From Azolla caroliniana (Eukaryota > Plantae > Polypodiophyta): a stretch of 64,000 nt of DNA. A program made the translations under genes and the position numbers. Below are positions 26,501 to 39,194 of the stretch, in pieces; position 1 is the stretch's first letter, and each line of letters opens with the position of its first letter. Location: contig JBHGNT010000002.1 of assembly GCA_043228905.1 (NCBI GenBank), positions 7,254,001 through 7,318,000 on the forward strand, read 5' to 3'. The notes beneath the pieces were generated by a model, which was not told the origin of the DNA, ran no database searches, and was given only the letters and a program-made list of their open reading frames with translations.

Positions 26501-29055
26501 CGGCAGTTTCACATGAGAGAGCATGCTCCTTACTCTCTCCATGATTGTTCGATTCATCCTCTCTACAAGCCCATTTAATTCTGGGGTCTTTGGCATTGTG
26601 TATTCGATCTGAATACCTTGGCACTTGCCATATTCTTCAAACTACCCTTTTTATTCGCCACCGTCGTTAGTTTGGACAACCTTCAGTTTCCGGTACGACT
26701 CTCTTTCAGTTCTTGCCTGGAACTCCTTGAAAACCAACAGTACTTGATCCTTCGACTTCAGTACGAAGGCCCATGTCTTCCAACTATAGTCGCCAATGAA
26801 TGTTACAAAATACTGTCCTCCTTGATGCGATGGAGCATCCACATAGCACGCGTCCATGTGTACTAGTTCTAGTGCAACATCTCTTCTCCGAGGTGGTCTT
26901 GTGTGGAATGTCATCCTGTTCTGCTTTCCGACTAAGCAGTTGACACACTTCTCCAGGTGTACTCCCTTGACTTCTAGTAGAAGTTTTTAGTCAGCTAACA
27001 GGTTCATTCCCTTCTCAATCATGTGGCCTAGCTTCTTATGCCATATCTCCCTTGCCGAGTCGGCTGCCACGTTTACTTCCGATTTGCACAGTTGGGCATG
27101 CATCGTATACAATGTGCCTTCTTTCTATGCTCGGGCCACTATAAGATTTCCTCAGCAGAACTTCCACTTGCCATTCCGAAAACTACCATTGTAGCCTTCA
27201 TCATCGAGCCTTCCAGTTGATATTAGATTCAATCTGATATCAGGGACGTGTCGAACATCCTTCAACATTAGTCGACACCCTATCGACATTGTTAAGCATA
27301 CACTTCCGTCTCCGGTTATCTTGCACTCTCCATTATCACCCATCTTTACATAGCCATGATCCTCTGCTATGTAAGTCGAGAAATACTCTCTCCACGGAGT
27401 AATATGGAAGGATGCGCCGGAATCAATCACCCAAGTGCACTCTTCGCTTGCAAGATTTGCACTTGCCTGTTCACAGATGAACAGGAGTTCCTCATTGCTC
27501 GTAGCAATGGCCGAAGTGTTCTTTTCATCCGGAATTTTCCGGGGTTCGACATTATTTCCGACACTCTTGTCTTTTCTAATGTGTCAGCAGTTCTTCTGGA
27601 AGTGTCCAGGTCTTCCACAATAAAAGCACACAGGCTTACCTCTGGACTTCGATCTGGCGTGGGATTTGTCCATTCGCTGCGGACTTCTTCTTCGCCGGTC
27701 TCTTCCTCTGTCCATATGTTGAGTCAGATTCGACTCCGTTTGGGACAGGACTCCTTTGTCTTTCCTCCTTGCCTCCTCGTTTAGGATGCTTGTCTTCACC
27801 GTCTGTAAAGACAAGTTCTCTTCTTGACAGAAGGTGCTGAGAGTAACCATTAGGTTCTCCTAGCTTTCCAGCAGTGTGCACATCAGCAGGATGGCCTGCA
27901 TCGCATCATACAGGGGAAACTTGGTCGCAGCAAGTTGATTTACATACCCCATAAATGTGTTGATGTGTTCGACGATGCTCTCACCGTCTCTGTATTTCAA
28001 TCATACGATTTTTCTCATCAGTGAGGTTCTATTGAGCACGTTCTTCATCTCGTACAGACCTGACAGCTTCTGCCACATCTCATAAGCATTTGTGTCGTTC
28101 ACCACATGCTGAAGGACACTTACATCGACGCATTGTCGGATAGTGGCCACGGCCTTTCTCTTTAGGAGCTTCCAATCGGACTCCAATACCCCCCTGGGTA
28201 TTTCTGCTCTGTCGACTGGCTCGTACAGGTCTTTTACTATGAGAAGGTCTTCCATCTTTATCTTCCATCTGCATAGTTCTGAGAGTTTAGAACTATCATA
28301 CCTGGGAATCCGCTCACACCTCCTTCCATGCTTGCACCTCAAGCTCTGATACCGTTGCGGAATAGATCACAATAAACGAACTACGCATTGAAATACGAAA
28401 CACAGAAATATGCCAAGAAAAGACAAGATGAACAATGGTGCACAGAGATTTACGTGGAAACCCTAAAACAGGGAAAACCACGGGTGAACAGAATCTTCAC
28501 TATACAAAGTGGATATACAAAACCAAGAGGAATACAACACTCTGTCGAGTGTATTAGCCGCACAGGGCTCTTCGCGTCTGCTATTACTCACACAGCTATG
28601 GTGCGGCTCTCACTTCTCTCTCACACTCTCCCGCACACTACAACTTCTGTTTCTACTCTGTTTCACTTACACTATTCCTCATAAAGTTTGCCCTAGTTGT
28701 ATATATACTTACACAACTTTCTGGCTATTTACATACGTAGCCCTCATGGGGCGCACACTTAGACCATTTACAATTATAGTCTCCCGAGTTGGTTATATAC
28801 ACGATTCCGGTTTCGGCCTCAGCCGAGTCCCTCATCAACTCGGCTCCTCTCTCTTCCCATCCAAAGAGACCTGTTTCCTAACATCATCATCATTATTATT
28901 ACTATAATAATAATAGTCGAATCTTCAAACAGTCGACTCACTGTTTTCGACTCTTCGACTGTCGGCTTTCCGAACAGTCGGATCTTCCCTGTCATCGACT
29001 GTCGGCTTTTCGATCAGTTGGTTCTTCCTCCCACTGGAGGGACATATTCCTAACA
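23520..29055 (-). mobile_element. Degenerate full-length Ty1/Copia element C3 (Tnt1/Tork-like)
   Basis: LTRs 23520-24233 and about 28354-29055. TSD CTAAT at 23515-23519 and 29056-29060. PBS (reverse complement) 28343-28353, PPT (reverse complement) from 24234. Fragments: gag 28001-28342, CFYCGRPGHFQKNC, PR IDSGAS, INT 26261-26914, RT 24941-26113, RH 24244-24594. Confidence 0.93.
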
Positions 29056-29391
29056 CTAATCGGGTAAGCGGTGGTAATAGAGAGGGATTACCTTCCAATC
29101 CTAGGGATGGTTTTGGGATGTGCAACACCTAACTTAGCTATGCTAAGATGGACTGCTTACATCAAATCAATGAACCCGGAGATTCACCACATTTCAGGGA
29201 AGAACAATGTCATGGCAGATATGCTTTCGAGGGCAAGATTCGAGGGCGAAAGCGACATGGTGTCTGAAGATGACAATGTCGCTCTTGACTTCTTTAAGAC
29301 GGCCCAAGCGTCTATAGATTATCGAGATGTGCAAGTACTCCATGCCTTCAAAGAAAGTGAATACGAAGGGGAGCGGCTACACATTGGCAAG

Positions 29392-29558
29392 TGTCGAATA
29401 CATGTGTATAATGGACGTATTCACACTATCCCGTTTTGGCCATTTATGTAATTAGCATAAAGGGTAGTTGCCCTAAGTCGGTCACTATATATAGTGACCT
29501 TGTAACCTCTTTGTGAGGTTGGTTGTTGTATTATTGCTTTGTGAAATAAAGAGTCTTT

Positions 29559-29595
<37 letters not shown>

Positions 29596-30334
29596 AACGA
29601 CCTACATTCTGTCATACACAGGGAATAAACAGGAATCGAGTGCTTCTTGATCTTCCGCACAGACGACTTCATACCCAACATCTGGTATCAGAGCCTGCAC
29701 AGTAGTCGGTCCTTCAATCCGCTGTCGGCCGTCGTCTCTGCATTCGGTTTCCTGCGTCATTCGAAGAAAAGAGAAGAAGAAGAAAAAAAAAAAAAACCAG
29801 GTTTGCAGCTCATTGCGTTAGATCATCTTTGCTTGGAGTAAGCCAGCAGGTTGTACTCCGTTCCCTGTGATCGTAACCGCTCGAGGTGAAATTCCCCTGT
29901 GCAACATTTACACGATCGTGCTCCATTCGGTTTAACGGCATCAGATGGGCGTAACGACAAACCAGTCCGGTTAGAGCCGGACACAGAGCAGGATGGTTCC
30001 CGACAACCGACATCAGTTCCTTAATGATCGGCTTCAACTGTTCCGACCCGACCAGTTCGGTCTTCTGCCTTCGGACCCTGCCGACTCGAACAAAGCTGAT
30101 ATGTCCGAGAACCTAAGTCTATACCTGTAATCTTAGATAACCCATGTATACGCCCATTACGGGGGAGTGTCGAATACATGTGTATAATGGACGTATTCAC
30201 ACTATCCCGTTTTGGCCATTTATGTAATTAGCATAAAGGGTAGTTGCCCTAAGTCGGTCACTATATATAGTGACCTTGTAACCTCTTTGTGAGGTTGGTT
30301 GTTGTATTATTGCTTTGTGAAATAAAGAGTCTTT

Positions 30335-30387
<53 letters not shown>

Positions 30388-30472
30388 AACGACCTACATT
30401 CTGTCATACACAGGGAATAAACAGGAATCGAGTGCTTCTTGATCTTCCGCACAGACGACTTCGTACCCAACA
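29392..30472 (+). mobile_element. Non-autonomous TRIM-like LTR element (1081 bp) related to the C2 family
   Basis: LTRs 29392-29680 and 30168-30472 are nearly identical. PBS 29683-29694, PPT before 30168, 487-bp non-coding interior. TSD GCAAG/TCAAG (one mismatch). Confidence 0.93.
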
Positions 30473-30514
30473 TCAAGTTCTTAAGCTCAATGACGGTGGG
30501 TAGTTCCAAGAAAT

Positions 30515-30617
30515 ATGCCTACGTACTAGGCTAAGACCGTGGGACCCTAACGGCCTACCGGTTACAGCTCTGGCTTATTCAGCTGATCCGGATCCAGTTG
30601 AGTTGGTCTGCTCAACA
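30515..30617 (-). mobile_element. LTR-end remnant related to the C1 LTR
   Basis: ggcttattcagctgatccggatccagttgagttggtctgctcaaca resembles the C1 LTR end ggcttattcagccgatccggctccggttgagcttgccgctcaaca. Confidence 0.65.
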
Positions 30618-31029
30618 GTATTTAAACTAAACGTTGTAACCTAGTTGCAGGGTGGTTGCCGCCATTCTTTGTAACTTCAATTTCGAATAATAAAGTTGCA
30701 TAGTTGTGCCTCTTTGTCTCTCTTTCTCTCACTCTAACTTGATCTTGATCCTTGTTTAAGTTATCTTTCCCTTGCTTAATCTGTTTGACATGTTGGTTCA
30801 CTTTTGTCATCACTTGTTGATCTTCATCACATGGTGTTGTTCCTATTTCCGCACTGTCGGTCTCAATTCTCAACACTAAGGAAGATTTGGAGGGTTATTT
30901 CACTTCTAGTGCTCGGAATTTTGTACCGGCAATTTTGTCGCATTTGTCTTCAAAGTGACTTAGTCAAGAGCACCAATCACTGGGAAATGTAAGTTTTAAT
31001 CCTACCTCCCCCAAAATTATGAACAAGGA

Positions 31030-31830
31030 ACCCATAATCTTGTTTGTTGACAAAGCTTAGATACTTGATTCTTAACTTTTGTGAATCCAACAATGAGTTC
31101 ACTTTCTCATTCTAAAGTTGCAAGAGCTTTATTGTCGGATACAAATAGTCATGTGCCCTAGTGATTCATTAACCCATGATCTTATAAGTTGACAAAGCTT
31201 AAATACTCGATTCATAACTTTTGTGAATCCAACAATGAGCTCACTTGCTCATTCTATAGTTTCAAGAGCTTTATTGTCGGATAAAAATAGTCACGTACCC
31301 TTCTGATTCATTACCTTATGATCTTATAAGTTGACAAAGCTTAGATACTCGATTCATAACTTTTGTGAATCCAACAATCAGCTCAATTGCTCATTCTATA
31401 GTTTCAAGAGCCTTATTGTTGGATAATAATAAAAAGTCAATGACATGTTTTATACTTTTGTGAATCCAACAATGAGCTCACTTGCTCATTCTATAGTTTC
31501 ACGAGCTTTATTGTCGGATAAAAATAGTCACGTACCCTTCTGATTCATTACCCCATGATCTTATAAGTTGGCAAAGCTTAGATGCTTGATTCATAACTTT
31601 CGTGAATCCAACAATGAGCTCATTTGCTCATTCTATAGTTTCAAGAGCTTTATTGTCGGATAAAAATAGTCATGTGCCCTTCTGATTCATTACCCTATGA
31701 TCTTATAAGTTGGCAAAGCTTAGATGCTCAATTCATAACTTTCGTGAATCCAACAATGAGCTCACTTGTTCATTCTATAGTTTCAAGAGCTTTATTGATG
31801 GATAAAAATAACAATTCAATGACATGTTTA
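31030..31830. repeat. Tandem repeat of about 142 bp, 5-6 copies
   Basis: Unit ttgacaaagcttagatac...gtgaatccaacaatgagctcacttgctcattctatagtttcaagagc recurs near 31047, 31189, 31331, 31455 (partial), 31568 and 31710. Confidence 0.9.
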
Positions 31831-34800
31831 TAGTTATTGCTCGCTTTAGCAACTTATGCGGTATTGGTCACACAATTATCACCTCCAATGGGAGTTCAAC
31901 CGTCGTTTCCCTCAAAAGCCATTGGTATACCCCTAAAAGAGAAATATCATGAGTACTTGAGTAGTTCTACCAACAATCATCCTTGTTTCTCAATTATATG
32001 TGCTATGAGAACAATTATGTGACCAATGTTTCCTAATTATATGTGCTATGTGAACACTTATGTGATCATTTCGTGCTCTTTCATGGGTTGACATTTGGCA
32101 TATGGGAGAGTAATGAGAACTCACATGCATTGAGGGAGAGAAATAAAAACTTATGTATTCGATCATATTCAATCATGAAGAGAGACAAGTATGTAAGTTA
32201 GTTGGACATCACATTCGTCATTTGGTCTGATAAGAAAGGTTAGGGGATGTCGAGAGACATATTCATGGTTTGTAATGATATGAATATGTATCTCTCTATG
32301 TAGATATGTAAAGTTGACTTACAAGTTGTAATAGGGGTTTTTTTACATGCAATTAATATAATTGTGTGATTTTACCAAAAAATAAAATAAAAGAAATAAA
32401 AGAAATAAAAACTTTGGAGATTTTGGAGTTTTTTTTTTCTCTTTATATAATTAGTTGTCATAGTTACATAAGTTGAGAAGGGGTATTGTAATGAGGGCTC
32501 ATCCAAATAACAAATTCAATCGATCAAAATACTTGCTACTCAAGATTACCTCTCATCATTTTTAATATCAATTGGCATGTAAAATTTATGGAAATCTAAC
32601 CAAATTTTTTAGCATGCAAAATTGTTTTTATGTAGAGAAATCTAACCAATTTATACTAATTTAGCTAAAAGTTAATAGTTAGGAAATGCAAAATTTTCAA
32701 ACTTGTATTCCGAAGTTGGACATTGAGATTTTAATGTAATGCATCGTGTTGGATCAACCCATTGATTTTCATTAATGAATATCGTTGTTCGATTGGTTGT
32801 TAAATGCTTTACATAAAACATGTGCAAAAGCCCTTTCTCTTTGCCACCAATTGGAAAAACGGGAAAACATTAGGCTCTGAAAATTGGAACTTGATGAAAC
32901 GATTATGTTTTTAAAATGATTGAAAGAAGATAAATAGTTTCGATAGCCAAGGTTCAAGAGAGCTAGATTTTAATCTTACTATTCAAAAACTATTCCAAGT
33001 GGTTCCTTTTCACTCGTATTTTTAGCAATAATTTCCCTTCACATTGTCCCAACCATCTCATTCTTTGATCAACTCGTGTAGCATTTGATCAGAGTATCCT
33101 TTTTTGACTAAATTTACGAAAAGAAAAAGCATATTCTTTTTCCCAATACAAGAAATTTTAGTGTAGCTTTTTGTGAAATTGATAATGATATATCGAATCT
33201 CCTTTTTGAATGACTAACATTGGTAATAAAAAAACATGTAGGAACCTCTCGAAGCTTCAGTAAAGTCATTACCTCTTTCAAAAACTTGTTCAATTTTCTT
33301 GTACGACTACATATTCTTTAAAAACCCACCTAATGGTGGCTACTAGATTATCAATGAAAAATATATGGTGGAGAGAATTCCATGTAAACACGTGTCATGT
33401 AGTGGGGTCAACTTTGGTATAAGAGTGTGATCGTATAACAAGTCCAATAACCTTTTCACTGTAATGAAGTGGTAAAGTATATCAAATGATCTTGCAAAAT
33501 ATCAAATAATGTTCTTTACTAGCTTTATATTGAGCAAATGAGAATTTCATCATTGTGGAGGTGGTTTCCCTCTAATTCACTTGTATTGGTGTTCTCCCTA
33601 TTACATGTTGCGTGCAATCCAATCTTATCCTCACCATCACTTCTTTCTCCTTGACACGCTTATCTTTGTTCTCTTTATATATTGCTCTTCATATTTACCC
33701 CTATCTCACCCCCCTCTACCTAATGACGTACACAACCTTTTGTTAGATTCTCTTTCATGGTTTCATTGGATGTCATCTACACTTTCACATAGCTATCATG
33801 GCATGAAATGAAATAAAGGGGTGTAGGATATTTTAATATGGTTATGAAATCAATTTTTATCTTTACAATCACACAACCACAATGCCCATTGCACATGTTT
33901 AACCTCTCTAGTACCCTCTTTGCGCGTAAATTTTGAAATGGATCTTAAAATCAAAAGTAGAAGTGGAGTAGAGATCGGTGTGTTCAAACCTCAATGCTAG
34001 TAGGAAGCAATGAGATCTGTTTGTGGGAGCATCAAGAATCTATAAAAATTGTGACTTTTGAAAACAATGTTAATGATATTACAATATGAGATGTAATCTT
34101 TTGGGAATGACATTAAAAAATAAGGTCTAAGGATTCACAAGAAAGAAGAGGGGTTCCAAAATATTAGAAAAAACAAGGATAGTGGTATAAATATGATTAC
34201 TAATGTTCTAATAATCATTGGCTTTTCTTCTAACATTTTCTTGATTTAGTTGATAAAAAAGATTGTCCGTGAACTAAAGATATTCAAGGGATGAACTAGC
34301 AATAACAAGAAGATGTAAAGGATGGAAGTTGTGGTACCTTGAAAGTGTTGTATGCATTAGTATGACGACCAATATGTATAGGTGATACATAATGTTCTTG
34401 GTGTATGTGTAGGGTGAAACCGAATTTCAAACTTTCAATGCATGAATGCTTGAAAAACTTTTTCAAATCATCGTGATTTATCATGCCGCTTTCATTAATA
34501 TTGCAATTAAAGAAGGTTTCAGGGAATGATCTTCTCATTTTGATTACGCCTCCATATTGTTACGGGCATAACCATACAATTATCCCGTTGTAGTTTGTAT
34601 TGTAGTTTCTACACATGTAAGGGCATTATCGGACTATGTTGAGATCGTAATTTGTTCGATTAACAATATCTTGTGGCAAGGGTGCACCAATACTAGGTAT
34701 GACTCAAAGTTGTAGCAATTGTATGAGGCATCTCTCAAGGCTCGAATACATCTCGATCTCATTGTGAGGGGATGGTCGAGTGGATCCTCACCCTTCTTTC

Positions 34801-35664
34801 CCTATCAATGTCTTCATTTTCTTATATTTTATCTTATGTTCATACTTACATTAGAATATATCTCCAACACATATGCATTCCTAGTTCGACTACTTTGGGA
34901 TGAAGATGATGGGTTCTAACTTGTAGGTCAACCATCCCACTAGAACAAGGGTTCTAGAGCTTTTTGGTTCAAAAGACCTTGATATAAGCATTTTTCAATG
35001 TTTGCCACCAACAATAATGATGACCACTCCTTTAACATTAGACCTAAGTAGACAATATAGTCACACACACAAACTACTTAATGTTCACGTTTAGTACCAC
35101 GTTGGTCGTGACAAATAAAGTCAACGCAGCAAATTGTGGGTGTAAATGGAGCAAGAAACTAGGCGCTAAACCACAACATGGAAGAGCCATTACCTTTTTT
35201 TCATCGTATCAGAGACTTTACATGTCATCGGTGATTTATTTTGTCTCAAGAGATTACCTTAAGTGCAACTTTTAAACTACTAGTGAATGCTTTATAAATA
35301 TGTCATGTGTTCACCCATGTCAATTTTGCTTTTAAAATGTTTTTTAATGCACACCAAGGGTGGCCTACACTTTTTAATAATAGGTAACAGGATAGTCACC
35401 AATGAGCACTCTTAGGAGTGCGCGGGAAGCCAGGCATTTTAAGAGTATGTGGACATTTCTTGGCCACATTGGCGTGTCCATCACTAGGAGTCTTGCGTGG
35501 GATTGTCTGAATAGCTGGGAAGGAGGTCACTGGATAGCATCCCATGCATTTCATGTGGAGGGCGAGTCGAGTTCTGCGCATCCTCAAGCGAGCCATTGGA
35601 GCTCTGGAATTCGAGAGGTCAAACAAACACGAGGAGATGGGCAAAAAGCAGACAAGAGAGAGAC

Positions 35665-35695
<31 letters not shown>

Positions 35696-35790
35696 AAGGT
35701 CTCTTTTCTGGATGGACTGGTGTATGGAGAAGGTTGTGTCTGTGGGATGCACACGTGACACACACACACATTGGACATGGACGCCTGAAG

Positions 35791-35844
<54 letters not shown>

Positions 35845-35894
35845 GAAAGGTGGGGTCAAAAATGTAAAAACAACAAACGTTTGGAACAATTATG

Positions 35895-36012
35895 GGAGAA
35901 ACTTCTAGGAGAGGAGCTGGGCTGGATTGGCGCGCTGCCACGTGGGGCATGACGTCAGCCTCGCCCCAGCGCGTGACGTGGCACGCCCTGCATCTCTCCT
36001 TCTTTATATAAA
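35895..36012 (+). promoter_or_regulatory. Proximal promoter of the DREB2-like gene: HSE-like site, reverse CCAAT, G-box/ABRE cluster, CE3-like site, TATA
   Basis: GAAacTTCtaGGA 35898-35910; ATTGG 35926-35930; CACGTG 35939-35944; TGACGTCA 35950-35957; GCGCGTG 35969-35975; GACGTGGC 35975-35982; TATATAAA 36005-36012. Confidence 0.75.
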
Positions 36013-36309
36013 CCCTTCTTTCACCCCTCCCCCACCTCCCTCCTCTGCTCCTTCTTCATCACGCCATCGCCATTTGCCTCCTGTTCCTTTCTCTCTCTCT
36101 CTCCCTCTCTGCAACCCTAATAGAAAGAAACCCTAAAAGAAGCTCGCCTCCTGTCCAAAGAGGCCACAGGAACCTTCACCTTTTTCCCTTGCCTTACACT
36201 GAGAAACGCCAATAGAAGGCTATATTTTTTTACCTTCAACTTCTCATTCATTCTATCAGACCTAATCAGCTACTGTATATCGAATCGAATCGAGTCGATC
36301 CTCGACAAC

Positions 36310-38067
36310 ATGAGGTCTCGGAAGAGAACAGCAAATCCACACGGCTGCTCATCAATACAAGAAATCCTCACATGGTGGGCAGAACACAACAAATCTATCT
36401 CACAAACCCTACCCCAAGTAGATCCAACAGCAGGCGGCAACCGCAGATTGGGCCGGAAGCCTCCTGCCAAAGGCTCGAGGAAAGGCTGTATGAAAGGGAA
36501 AGGGGGACCTGAAAATGCGACGTGTAGATTTCGGGGTGTCCGCCAACGCACATGGGGAAAATGGGTAGCAGAGATAAGAGAACCTAATAGAGGAGAGAGA
36601 CTGTGGCTGGGTACTTTCTCTACTGCAGAAGAGGCTGCCGTAGCTTATGATGAAGCTGCCCGGGTTATATATGGTGCTGGCGCTCGTCTCAATTTCCCTG
36701 ATGTGCAGGATTTCAAGATCTTCAATTTTATTCAACCAAATCGGAATGGCCGTGATGGTAATGTCACTAGCCCTCCTCATTCAGAAATTTCTTCGTGCAT
36801 TACCATAGGTCGGGATGATGAAAGCGCGGTTACATTCTCATCTTCCAGCAAATTGGTCCCAGAACATTCGGGGTTTCGGATGCTTCATCTGGATTCTGTT
36901 GAGGAGGAAGAAGAGGAAGATGTTAAACCTTCTACAGCTAAACGACTCCATGCTTTTCCTTCCCCCTTTGAAGCTGAGATATGCAATGTAAGGTCTTCAG
37001 AATCAATGCCCATTAATGAAGAGGTAAACTCCTCCAATTTGATGGCCATTAGTGCTGGAGAGGTAATGTCCTCTACTTTGATGCCCATTGGTCAAGGAGA
37101 TATAAGGTCTTCTATCTCGATGCCTATTGGTCAAGGAGATGTAAGGTCTTCTATTTCAATGCCCATTGGTTATGGAGCTAATTTGATTCCCGGAACTGGC
37201 AATGGATGGCCTTCTGACTCGATGACCATCAATGGTGATGCGGTGCCTTTTAATTTGATGTCCATGAATGGAGAGACAGGCTCTTATAATTGCTATCAAA
37301 GTCAAAAGTTTGATAACAAGGAATATGTGAATGATATGACATTGCAAGGCCAACCTCTGGCTCCCACTTTGAATACCAAAGGGGAAACAGATGTGATTCT
37401 AGAGGATGCTTTAAAGAATCTATATGGGTTGGCCTCCTTGGATAATGTGGACCCTGTTGAATCCCTTATGTCGGATATGCAAACCATCAACTCACAAGAA
37501 GAATGGCCATTCTCATATGAAATTCTCAAACATGATCAATTTGCTAATCTAGGTGACGATGACTACTTCGACCCTGATGAGGTTCTTGAGCTTCTAGGTG
37601 AAAGCAACTCTACTCATGTTGATAATCATCTGAAATTGATAAAGGGTGGCTTGGAGGAGACTAGCAGATCTCTTGGGGATGCATCAACTAGTTACGAAAA
37701 CACAAAATCATCCTCTCTTGATAAAGAGACCTCCCGACAAGATGCACAAGGTACATTGGTTCATGATAGTAACCTTTCACTTAATCAACCAAAATGTAAC
37801 CTTTTTTATCGTGGTGAGGATGCGTATTCGTTGGGCATGTCATTTGGTAGAGAAGGTTTGGATCCATTAGAGGTTCAAAGGTTTATCCAGAGCATGGAAG
37901 AAGAGGATCATCCTCATTATCTCTATGAGAATGTACAAGAAGTAGATGGATCTCATTTTTATGTGGACGAAAGGATGCCAATACATCCTAATTATCATTT
38001 ACATGATAATTCATCAGGAAATGGGAGGTTTCTTCTCCTCCCTGACTTGTTACCTGGTTTATATTGA
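36310..38067 (+). CDS. DREB2: DREB2-type (A-2) AP2/ERF transcription factor, 585 aa, uninterrupted ORF
   Basis: AP2 domain [30 protein letters not shown]...ARLNFP has the DREB-type V14/E19. It is preceded by the DREB2 motif [20 protein letters not shown] and followed by an acidic C-terminus. Confidence 0.93.
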   Translation: MRSRKRTANPHGCSSIQEILTWWAEHNKSISQTLPQVDPTAGGNRRLGRKPPAKGSRKGCMKGKGGPENATCRFRGVRQRTWGKWVAEIREPNRGERLWLGTFSTAEEAAVAYDEAARVIYGAGARLNFPDVQDFKIFNFIQPNRNGRDGNVTSPPHSEISSCITIGRDDESAVTFSSSSKLVPEHSGFRMLHLDSVEEEEEEDVKPSTAKRLHAFPSPFEAEICNVRSSESMPINEEVNSSNLMAISAGEVMSSTLMPIGQGDIRSSISMPIGQGDVRSSISMPIGYGANLIPGTGNGWPSDSMTINGDAVPFNLMSMNGETGSYNCYQSQKFDNKEYVNDMTLQGQPLAPTLNTKGETDVILEDALKNLYGLASLDNVDPVESLMSDMQTINSQEEWPFSYEILKHDQFANLGDDDYFDPDEVLELLGESNSTHVDNHLKLIKGGLEETSRSLGDASTSYENTKSSSLDKETSRQDAQGTLVHDSNLSLNQPKCNLFYRGEDAYSLGMSFGREGLDPLEVQRFIQSMEEEDHPHYLYENVQEVDGSHFYVDERMPIHPNYHLHDNSSGNGRFLLLPDLLPGLY

Positions 38068-38904
38068 GATCCATACGCATGGTTTGTATCTCTACAGAAG
38101 GTATGTGATTGTATCCTACCTTAATGTTGTGTATATGTATAGCAAAAGGCTCAACCCTTGGAGGGTTATAACATGTAGAGAAACAGATAGGAAAAGCCCA
38201 ATTTATTTTAATGTTTTGGGTTCTTTCCTTATAGATAAGAGGTATATTTTTCAACTGCAAAACGCCCAGGCAAAGTTGTACAAAAATACATGAGCATGGG
38301 TATTCGTCAGATACATCATTCACTTTTAGTATCAGTTTTTATTTATTGATTTGACAAAGCGCCTAGACGTATTCCTATTGTGAGGGACACACCTACCCTG
38401 AAATAATCAGGAAATGGGTGGTTATTTTCATATTTCCCGAATTTTCTCGGCATTGTGTTTGTAGCTATCAGATGTAAATGTCAGGACTCATATTCAAAAG
38501 CTTGCTCAATGCGTGATAACAATAATCGGAGTTAAAATTGGTTATAGCTTGTGTTATTTTCCTGTTTTGGGATGATACTATCTTCTTGTGTATTGATGAT
38601 AAAGCTTGGTCTCATTGTAAATGGATATGGTTGTGTTGATGCTGGAGTTTGGGATCAAAGCAAGGTATCTTAATGATTTCAGTTGTTTGCATTGCCCAAG
38701 TCTACATATGGATGCACTTGCCACATTCTTTATAAATAAAGTGACATTCAGATGTGAGCCTTTTGTGTTGTTTTTTATGACTAATCATCAATAAGACGAG
38801 TATTCATAAATAAGACAGAATGAAGTTTGGGTTTTGAAGCTTTTCAAGTTATATAAGATTTATGCCAAGTCAAATACAGGAGATACAGTGATAATATTGA
38901 GTAA

Positions 38905-39182
38905 GCATTAAACCCATACAAATTTGGAGATCCAATATCTATTAACATATTCTGTACTCTGCAATTCAGTGTATTGGGAGGTAACTTGATATAGATTGAA
39001 GTGTTAAAACCCATACAAATTTGGAGATCCAATATCTATTAACATATTTTGTACTCTGCAATTCAGTGTATTGGGAGGTAACCCGATATAGATTATAGGT
39101 TGAAGTGTTAAAATCCACACAAATTTGGAGATCCAATATCTATTAACATATTTTGTACTCTACAATTCAGTGTATTGGGGAA
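38905..39182. repeat. Tandem repeat of about 96-104 bp, 3 copies
   Basis: caaatttggagatccaatatctattaacata...caattcagtgtattggg occurs three times. Confidence 0.88.
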
Positions 39183-39194
39183 CTTGCAAGTTTT

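Larger units (their letters stand above)
2363..30510 (+). mobile_element. Degenerate non-chromovirus Gypsy element B, host of three insertions; own segments about 2363-5967, 22492-23519, 29056-29391 and 30473-30510
   Basis: Gag zinc knuckle CMWCDNPDHLQREC (3723-4103), protease ALMDHGSEINL (4643-5188) and pre-RT YKTVDKKVK. Removing C1 restores KETIEM|GILEPSSAPYSNRWF into RT (FLDDI). RNase H DTSPTGIGW...DYLI|G...LRWTAYIKS...ADMLSR is restored across C3, and HIGK|FLSSM across the TRIM. The outer limits are uncertain. Confidence 0.85.

Noticed and set aside
30620-30990. Possible gag or zinc-knuckle remnant
   Set aside because: The motif is broken and there are no supporting termini.
32770-34600. 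Possible decayed coding sequence on the minus strand of AT-rich DNA
   Set aside because: Many stops and no recognisable motif; a translated search would be needed.
35396-36136. Overlapping ORFs upstream of DREB2
   Set aside because: Derived from (GA)n and (GACA)n microsatellites and GC-rich promoter sequence; no protein motifs.
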